A DNA stretch of 63,356 bases, filler included. It is 12 parts of 12 records of this genome, joined end to end, with 100 filler letters (N's around TTAATTAATTAA, not from the genome) between each part and the next. Parts side by side here need not be neighbours in the genome. Positions count along the whole stretch, not along the records: positions 56,272 to 59,609 come from SRR15195285_5514; positions 59,710 to 63,356 come from SRR15195285_5515; 10 more parts are not named here. The stretch is one strand, 5' to 3'. This document shows positions 56,172 through 63,356 of this stretch, one piece after another. The translations under genes and the position numbers were made by a program. The notes below the pieces were generated by a model that was not told the DNA's origin, made no database searches, and saw only the letters and a program-made list of their open reading frames with translations. Numbering within the stretch: position 1 is the stretch's first letter; the number at the start of each line of letters is the position of its first letter.

Positions 56172-56271
56172 NNNNNNNNNNNNNNNNNNNNNNNNNNNNN
56201 NNNNNNNNNNNNNNNTTAATTAATTAANNNNNNNNNNNNNNNNNNNNNNNNNNNNNNNNNNNNNNNNNNNN
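56172..56271. other. Artificial contig spacer
   Basis: N44-TTAATTAATTAA-N44. Confidence 0.99.
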
Positions 56272-56272
56272 A

Positions 56273-57169
56273 GGCCCTAGTCGCTGGCACCCGCCAACCT
56301 GCACAGGCAAGTTCCTCGACGGGATGAAATGCGACACCGCTAGAGCAATAGGTTCGTCGAGTCGTAAGGACACAGCCAAGCGTGGGAAGCCTGAGGGCAC
56401 CATTCCGTCTGCAGCTGCGAAGCGGCCTGCGCAATCGCAAATTGCTGAAGCTCCATGGATGACGGCTATGCAAGGCTGGACTCTAAGATTGCCGGGCGCC
56501 ATCTGGGGACTCTACGCACACGATGAAGCGACTCAGCTGTGGGCACAGCAACACGGGGAAGAACGTTTTGAGGTCATCATCAAAAGCGTTGATACGTCCG
56601 GGGTCAGCGTTCAGCATGGTCAGGAACCACCGTTTGTCGCGGAAATTGAGGTCCTGTGGCCACACATGACAGGTGCTCAGAAGCAGCTTGCAACCCAAAA
56701 AGGGGCAAAGGTACCCAACGGGGCTTCTAGTTGTAATGCTGCAGGAGCGCTTCATATGACCCTGCGACGAAAATTAAAGGTGTTGGTGCGCGACATGAAA
56801 ACCGCGGCCGCAAACGGTGACTTGGAGGCTGGACAATTGCGTGTGATGTTCACTGAAGACGGTATCAACAAGACTAGTCGATATCAAGTCGAAGACTGTG
56901 ACACTGATGAAAAGCACGTGGTGCATGGGCGTTGGATCGCACCCGGCAGCACGGACGACGGGCTACTGCAGCAACTTCGTCCGCCCCTTGGCGTGCACTC
57001 CCCGTTTCTGGAGAAAGAACTACCACCTGCTGACGGTTTTGACGATATTGGCCAAGGGCTGTGCGCTGGTGGGTGGTCGATTGCGTGTGTCAGTCCAGAG
57101 ATGCAGGGAAAGTTGGTGGCCATCCGACGTTGGCACGCGCAGTTCAACAAGACGCACGCTCAATCGTGA
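56273..57169 (+). CDS. Hypothetical protein (possibly 5'-partial)
   Basis: Frame is open from the contig start for about 298 codons with globular-looking composition; no recognised motif. Confidence 0.45.
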   Translation, partial: GPSRWHPPTCTGKFLDGMKCDTARAIGSSSRKDTAKRGKPEGTIPSAAAKRPAQSQIAEAPWMTAMQGWTLRLPGAIWGLYAHDEATQLWAQQHGEERFEVIIKSVDTSGVSVQHGQEPPFVAEIEVLWPHMTGAQKQLATQKGAKVPNGASSCNAAGALHMTLRRKLKVLVRDMKTAAANGDLEAGQLRVMFTEDGINKTSRYQVEDCDTDEKHVVHGRWIAPGSTDDGLLQQLRPPLGVHSPFLEKELPPADGFDDIGQGLCAGGWSIACVSPEMQGKLVAIRRWHAQFNKTHAQS

Positions 57170-57514
57170 CGCTGTATGGGACACACACACGCGCGCACGC
57201 GCGCGCACACATATCGTGCACAGAGATATCTGCGCGGCGTCGCGGCTGAGGCGTTTATACGGTATATGCAGGTGAGGCGCAGCTGGCAACGAATCTTCCC
57301 GGCAATTTGCAACGCTAGCTACAGTGTGCAGGCTGACGCACAGCTGTCGTTTGTAAAATCATTATTCAGCCCAACATGTTTCCACTGAAAGAACATCTCT
57401 CCAGCTGCTTGCAAGGCAGAAACTCGGAGCGCCCCTCCCGGCCACGCATACATCCTCTCGCCCCACCCTCTCACGCCCTGTTACTCAGTGGGTGCATTAC
57501 CTCTTGGGCATCGA

Positions 57515-59207
57515 TCAGCCGCTGGTTGTTACGTTCTGTAGCAGAAGCTTGACCTGGCTGTCATTCGACGATATCTGTGACTTGACCGCGGTTATCTTCG
57601 CGAGCATCTCCGCGACAGATTCTTTCGCCTTGGCCTGGCGCTCAACCACAGGTTGCAGGTGATCCTCGGAAGACTTGCTCAGGTCATCGAGTTCTGCCTG
57701 TCGCTTGCGCCTCTCAGTCTTCCAATATTCGAGCTCTTTGTGCATGTTGTCCAGATCCTCCTGAATGTAGTCCATCGTCTTGCCAAGCGGGTTGGCGTGT
57801 TGGCAGAGCTGCTGCAACGCTTCGCGGAGCGTCGCGACCTCCGCGCCGTAGTTCGCCCGACTGTCCTTTTTGTTGCCGATCTTCCGCTTGATTACGATGC
57901 CGCCGCCACCTGGCGGAGCATCGGGCCCGTCCGAAGCGCCCTGCAGCGGCTGCGGGACCTCAGCCTGCGCCTCCTGCGCGGCCATGAGGTTTTCTACCAG
58001 ACCACCGTGCTCCGCCGGACCGGATTCGGGCGCGCCCTGCAGCGGCGGCGGCGCCTCCATGATCATGCCGTCGTCGTCGTCGTCCGAGTCCTCTCCCTCC
58101 CCAATGACGCGGGGCCCGTCCCCTCGGACCTCCTGTTGCTCTGGTTTACCACTCGTCGGTCGCCCGTCCACTTCGTTTGTCTTAACTTTCGGGGGCGCAC
58201 GGCGCGCTGTCTGCGGACGCTCCATCGGGCGCTGTAGGCCCGGCGGCTGGAACTCGTTCGTCTCCGCCTGTGCTGGAGCGGGTGCGGCAGGGGCGGGCGC
58301 GGGGGCCGGGGGCGGCGGCTGCTGCCCGGCGTCCTCTGGGCGCTGCTTTTGCCTCCGGCGCGGCTTCTCGGCCTCGGCCTGAGCCGGCGGCGCTTCGGGG
58401 AACGCAGGCTCATCATTTTGCGGCTGCTCTGGCTGTGGCTCGGCTCGCTTCTTCTGCGAGCTCGACTGCGGGCGCTGCGACTTTGACTCCGCGGGTGCCC
58501 CGCCCGGCGTCTCACCCGCCAGCGTTCGCTGCACCGCTTGCTGCCCCGCGCCGGGGTCGGCTGTCGCTGCTTCGTACAGCGCCTGCAGGAGCGCGTTCGT
58601 CTTCTCTGGCTCGTGGCCCGCGACGATCTTCTTCGGGTTAACATCAATCGCGTAGCCGAGCGAGTTCCCGACGCATGTGATGAGCATCGTCAGGTACTGA
58701 ATCTTCGACTCTTTGTCCTTGATCGCCTTTGAGTCCAGCATATTCTCGGGGAAAAGCCCCTGCGGATACCCCGTCGCCTGCACACACGGCAACACATCTC
58801 AGCCTCCAGCAAGCCCGGGCCCTCTTCTCCCTATCGAAGCCCCACAGGTCCACAGGTCGATCATGAGGCGCCCTGAGAGCATCGGCGCGCCCTGCGCCGA
58901 CGCTGAACGTATGGAAGCACTCTATTGGCGCTCGAGAAAGGGCTGAGCGTGGGACGCTAAGGGCGCTGCTTCGCTACCTCGCTACTGCAGCTCTATCGGA
59001 GCGGTGGCAAGCGCGGCGCTGCCCCTCCCGGCCAGCAAGCGCGCAGCCCAGCGACACGGGGCTCACCTTGGCGGTGGCGGAGACGACATCGTGCAGGAAG
59101 CGGAAGGGCGGCTTCTTCAGGAGGTTATCCGTCAGCTTCGGCTTCTGCACCACCCCACCGAGCGTCTGCTGCGTCTGCACAATCCACGCCGGCGCCTCCT
59201 CCCCCAT
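57515..59207 (-). CDS. IFT54: Intraflagellar transport protein IFT54 / TRAF3IP1 (MIP-T3); 2 exons (intron 58778..59066)
   Basis: KPKLTDNLLKKPPFRFLHDVV|ATGY; KIVAGHEPEKTNALLQAL; RPQTARRAPPK; C-terminal coiled coil NPLGKTMDYIQEDLDNMHKEL. Confidence 0.95.
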
Positions 59208-59609
59208 CCCTCACCCTCCCCAAGCCCAACCCGAGCGCCGAACACGTGTAGGTAGTAACGGTCGGGTAACGGCTCCCCCTCTCTTCGCCCTCCCTGCAGC
59301 GCGATGCTGATATCTCTGAAATGGACGGAAAAATCTCTCGCGAACGAATCTATCACAGATCTCAGCTCAGAAGTCGTTGGGAGTAGGGAAATCTCGCTGA
59401 GAAATATCGTGCACCATTCTCGCCTCGGGTCGCTGCTTTTTCTTGCGTATTCATTTTGAAATTGGTGGTGTTTTCAGATTTCAGTCCGCGGAGTGTTGAA
59501 TTCTGTCAAAGAAGTGTGTTGCTTGACCTTTGGCCTTTAATACAATCCGGCGCTTTATTGTACATTCCCACGCCTGGTATAGGCCGGCGGGCTGGTGCTC
59601 TTGACGACG

Positions 59610-59709
59610 NNNNNNNNNNNNNNNNNNNNNNNNNNNNNNNNNNNNNNNNNNNNTTAATTAATTAANNNNNNNNNNNNNNNNNNNNNNNNNNNNNNNNNNN
59701 NNNNNNNNN
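59610..59709. other. Artificial contig spacer
   Basis: N44-TTAATTAATTAA-N44. Confidence 0.99.
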
Positions 59710-60141
59710 CATCTGAGCTGCTGCGTGTTTGCGCATTGGTAGTACATAGACTACTCTGAAGTATATATACCATTGTATTTTGCCTGCAGCGCCGAGTTCA
59801 ACCGGGTCACCTGACGCCTCGCCGAGTAAGAGGCTGGGTGCAGCACTGGGCGCTTGGCCGCTGAGAAAGAAAGCCGAGCAAACACGCGTAGCTACATAGA
59901 CGATAGGCTACTATGCTGGTGCGTGTCTGGTAGCGGTGGCTGTAGCACTGCATCGGCGCTAGGTAGTGGACAATATGGAATGAGAAGGTGGGATGGAATG
60001 ACCTTATGGAGATGCCAGGTACTGTAGGCTCAGAACGCAACTTTGAAAGCTCTAGTTCTTCTTTTTTCTGCTTGACAAGACAAGTCATATGCACACTATA
60101 TTAATTGCCTATTCAAATGCATGATACTAGCCAGCCACGTG

Positions 60142-63100
60142 TCATAATGGCTGCAACTGAAATCCAGCTACAGACACCAACAGCGATACTAGCAGTAGGA
60201 ACTTTTCGGTTGCGCAACTGCCTGCCGTTGTGGCGCTGCTCGTTTTGACTGGCACCACCTCGCTGCAGCCCGACACGACGATGTCCCCGTCGTTTACTTC
60301 GCAGCCCTGAACTGTCGGGTAACCTTCCCAGCCCGTGGCGCATCGAAGGTTATCGCCTACCACGAACTGATCGCGCGTCGTGCCGTTGACGTTCTCAATC
60401 ACGTAGCCTGTCTCCTCGCCGCGGGGAGCACAGGTGCGCCACTCACACCCGCTGTACGTGAATTCAGTGCCACCGAGGCAGATGACTGATGGGATCCCAA
60501 CGAATTCCGGTGCGCAGCTTAATACGATGTCAGAAGCTTCAGTGGCTGGCTGTTCAATCACATAACGGGATCGCTGTTTGCTGACGTCACCGACGTCATC
60601 GACCAGAGGCCCCGGTTCCGGCGGCGCGCACGTGATTTCACCACAGCCAGTGAAACTAAAGTCGGTGACAGGCAAATTGCCATCCCACTCGCAAGTCACA
60701 GACGGTGCCTCATCACTAGTCACGTTGAAGCCTGCCGCACATTCAACTTCACCTAGCTCTTCCACAGTCGCGTACTCGGTAAGGGTGTCTTGGTTGGCAA
60801 CCTGGTAGCCCATGACTGTCTCAAGAGTGTCCGCACTTACAACGTTGCAAGCACTGGGCTCGCAACCAGTGAACGTGAACGTAGCGTCACCTTCATTGCT
60901 GTTGGTGCTCTTAATACACGCTACCTCTGGTGTTGCCGGGGTGGTGTGAACGAATTCACCATCAGACGGTGTTCCCATGAACCCGACAGCGCAGCCTACA
61001 TATCCAAGCTCCATTATTGTCTCGGCCGCAGGGGAATCGACAGTGTAGTCCACGTCTTGATCCGATACCGTGCACGTGTTCGGGCTGCAGCAGGTGTCAC
61101 GATCTCCAACTGACGTAGTAGCACACGTGTGGCTTACACATAGCGACGTCAGAGTTTGATTGTTGAGATGATAGTTGCTGGGACATATCATCGTCGAGCA
61201 CTCAGCACGAGGCGAGCAGCCTGAGAAATTGAACGAACCGAGTGCGGCAGGACAAGCCACTGAGGGGGTAACCTGGTCCTCGGTCCGAACGTGCGTCTCT
61301 CCGTAGCACCCGACAGTGCCAAGTGCCCCCGCGGTCACGGCTGTCGGCGCCTCCACTGTGTATCCGCTAGTAGCATAAGTTTCGCTTTCGGGTTCACATC
61401 TGAGCTCACACCCTGTGAGGACCATGTTCTGACCTGCGATCTCACAAGTCGCAGATGGGCCAACGTTGGTATCCGAACGCGAGTGAGTTCCTTCATAGCA
61501 AGACAATACACCAAACTCATCAGGCCGTGTCGCAACAGACGATGCTGAGGCAACGTAGCCCAGTGTTTGCAGCTCCGTTGATTGTGCGAACGGACTACAC
61601 ACATTTTCTTGGCAGCCCGCGCTGGTCAGACCTGTCTGACCATCAGAGTTTTGTCCGGCGGGGCAGCTTTCACATACGGTGCTAGCGTTGTTATCGTGAT
61701 CGTAGGTGTCCTCTTCGCACACCGCGCAGAAGGAGGACCCTGAGGCAGCGTATTTGCCAATCTCACAATTTTCGCAATCAGTTATTGCCCGGGCCTCAGA
61801 ATATTTGCCCCCGGAACAGTCGTCGCATTCCGTTCCGGGGTCCCCGTCCCCGTCGAAGCGACCTGGCGCACAGTCGTCGCATGCTATCGCTGCTGTACCA
61901 GAATACTGACCCTCAGAGCAGTCGTTGCAACTCGTCTGTCCTGCCCCAGAGATTTTTCCTGCGTCGCAACCGACACATTCTGTGCGTGCGTCTCCATCAT
62001 CATCGTATTTGCCAGCTGCGCAGTCATCACAGGCTGTCGCACCGAGCTGAACAAACACAGACTCAGAGCCTGTGTTGTCGACCGTCTGTTTTCCAGCAGT
62101 GCAACTGGAGCAGCTGTACACCGTTTGGGGATAGCTTGAGTATTTGCCATAGGTGCAGTCGATGCACGGAGTTTCCCACGACCTACTGGCCGAACCCGTA
62201 GCATCGTCATCGTACTGGCCCGGTGGGCACGATTCGCATGACGTACCGCCTCCTGGAGCGTACTGGCCATACGTGCAGTCTACACATTCGGAGTTCGCGT
62301 TTTCATCATCATCAATCTTGCCTTCACTGCATTCGATGCAATCATCTGCAGTGGTGCTCGCTGTACCTGCTAGATACATGCCCGTCGCACAATCGATGCA
62401 GTCGGTGCTCTCGTCGTTGCCCCCCGTGGCAGCGTACTTGCCACTGGGACAGTCTATACATGCGGCACTGCTGGTGCTTCCAGCATCCTCGACGTACTTG
62501 CCAGCATCGCAATCGATGCAGTCGGCGCTCGCGTCGTTTTCCCTCGTATCCACATATTTCCCAGCGTTGCAATCGGTGCAGCTGGTCGAGCCGCCGGGCG
62601 CATACTTTCCTTCACCGCAAACGATGCAATCGGCGGCTGCATCGTTGGCCGTCGTTCCAACATATTTACCAACAGCGCAGTCTACACATGCGGTCGCAGT
62701 GCCATCAGCATTATCGCTGTATTTCCCAGCCTCGCAGTCGATGCAGTCCGTCGCACCCGCACCGCTGTACCGGCCCACTGCACAATTAATGCACTCTACC
62801 TGTCCTTTATCTATCTGATACTTCCCAGCCGGACAAACCACGCACGCAGTTGCCGTGTCCGCGTCGTCATCATACTGGCCAGCGACACAACGCGTGCACT
62901 GCCCAGTGGCGGGTTGATACCAGCCTGCCTCGCAGGTGCTGCAGCCTCCAGAGGATGCTGAAGTGCCTGGGTCTGAGGTAAGGCCATCGTCACAGCTGGT
63001 ACATGGGCTGGCAGGATCATCGTCTTCATCAACTTCCCCAGCAGCACAATCGGTGCAGAAGGTCGAACCTGCGGGCGAATACTCTCCAGCCTCGCAATCG

Positions 63101-63354
63101 GTGCAACTCCCTATCGATTCGACAGAGTCGGTGTACTTTCCCTGAGGACAAATGTCGCATGGGGTATTTGCCACGTAGTCGTGGTCATACTTGCCAACGG
63201 GACAGACTTCGCATTCACCAGAGGCTTCGCTAGACCACTTTCCTGCCGCGCAAGTGCTGCACCTGGTCGATCCAAGCTCCCGCTCCGAATAGGTGCCGCT
63301 AGTGCAGGCAGTGCACGGCGTATTCGGCTCAGAATCGAGGTCTGCACGACCAGA
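60142..63354 (-). CDS. Large Cys-rich cell-surface protein: GCC2/GCC3 (ephrin-receptor/TNFR-like) CxxCxxGxY repeats, then ~55-aa repeats, then a GPI/TM-like C-terminus (5'-partial)
   Basis: Frame remains open to the window end. More than 25 CxxCxxG[KQ]Y units; DxDxDxxTxC motifs; C-terminal SSATTAGSCATEKFLLLVSLLVSVAGFQLQPL. Confidence 0.88.
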   Translation of the reverse strand, partial: SGRADLDSEPNTPCTACTSGTYSERELGSTRCSTCAAGKWSSEASGECEVCPVGKYDHDYVANTPCDICPQGKYTDSVESIGSCTDCEAGEYSPAGSTFCTDCAAGEVDEDDDPASPCTSCDDGLTSDPGTSASSGGCSTCEAGWYQPATGQCTRCVAGQYDDDADTATACVVCPAGKYQIDKGQVECINCAVGRYSGAGATDCIDCEAGKYSDNADGTATACVDCAVGKYVGTTANDAAADCIVCGEGKYAPGGSTSCTDCNAGKYVDTRENDASADCIDCDAGKYVEDAGSTSSAACIDCPSGKYAATGGNDESTDCIDCATGMYLAGTASTTADDCIECSEGKIDDDENANSECVDCTYGQYAPGGGTSCESCPPGQYDDDATGSASRSWETPCIDCTYGKYSSYPQTVYSCSSCTAGKQTVDNTGSESVFVQLGATACDDCAAGKYDDDGDARTECVGCDAGKISGAGQTSCNDCSEGQYSGTAAIACDDCAPGRFDGDGDPGTECDDCSGGKYSEARAITDCENCEIGKYAASGSSFCAVCEEDTYDHDNNASTVCESCPAGQNSDGQTGLTSAGCQENVCSPFAQSTELQTLGYVASASSVATRPDEFGVLSCYEGTHSRSDTNVGPSATCEIAGQNMVLTGCELRCEPESETYATSGYTVEAPTAVTAGALGTVGCYGETHVRTEDQVTPSVACPAALGSFNFSGCSPRAECSTMICPSNYHLNNQTLTSLCVSHTCATTSVGDRDTCCSPNTCTVSDQDVDYTVDSPAAETIMELGYVGCAVGFMGTPSDGEFVHTTPATPEVACIKSTNSNEGDATFTFTGCEPSACNVVSADTLETVMGYQVANQDTLTEYATVEELGEVECAAGFNVTSDEAPSVTCEWDGNLPVTDFSFTGCGEITCAPPEPGPLVDDVGDVSKQRSRYVIEQPATEASDIVLSCAPEFVGIPSVICLGGTEFTYSGCEWRTCAPRGEETGYVIENVNGTTRDQFVVGDNLRCATGWEGYPTVQGCEVNDGDIVVSGCSEVVPVKTSSATTAGSCATEKFLLLVSLLVSVAGFQLQPL

Positions 63355-63356
63355 TC

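Noticed and set aside
6600-59709. Eleven identical TTAATTAATTAA repeats as a CRISPR-like or biological repeat
   Set aside because: Each sits in the middle of an exact 100-bp N spacer and encodes stops in all six frames. It is a concatenation linker, so genes on either side are not true neighbours.
1-63356. tRNA, rRNA, snRNA, telomeric repeats, transposase or reverse-transcriptase genes
   Set aside because: None recognised by eye. Small ncRNAs cannot be excluded without tRNAscan-SE or Infernal.

Overview
This window is not one locus. It is 12 short contigs joined by 11 artificial 100-bp spacers (N44-TTAATTAATTAA-N44). The DNA is GC-rich nuclear sequence from a microbial eukaryote: it has GT-AG spliceosomal introns of about 40-310 bp, a mitochondrial carrier, and the splicing factor NSRP1. 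It is probably flagellated (IFT54/TRAF3IP1, a BART-domain protein) and has many secreted hydrolases (GH59, GH3, a GHL15/GH168-like protein, peptidase S28, an LpqC-like esterase), consistent with a heterotrophic protist SAG/MAG. About 27 genes can be supported, several rebuilt here across introns. The most unusual are: (1) a true Cys-loop pentameric ligand-gated channel fused to an N-terminal RbsB-like sugar-binding periplasmic-binding-protein domain; (2) a type II membrane protein built from ~100-aa repeats resembling marine phage tail-fibre repeats; (3) a membrane-anchored METTL21-like methyltransferase fused to Notch-type EGF repeats; (4) a large MgsA-C-like plus compact SF2 helicase protein of possible giant-virus affinity; (5) a GH59 with a ricin-type lectin inserted in its catalytic barrel. 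Secreted enzymes share a K[ST]DD[DE] motif. Upstream regions on unrelated contigs share a layout of TA-rich palindromes, repeated 11-20-mers and CG-alternating tracts. No rRNA, tRNA, CRISPR array or intact mobile element was recognised. All family calls come from motif recognition by eye, not database searches.
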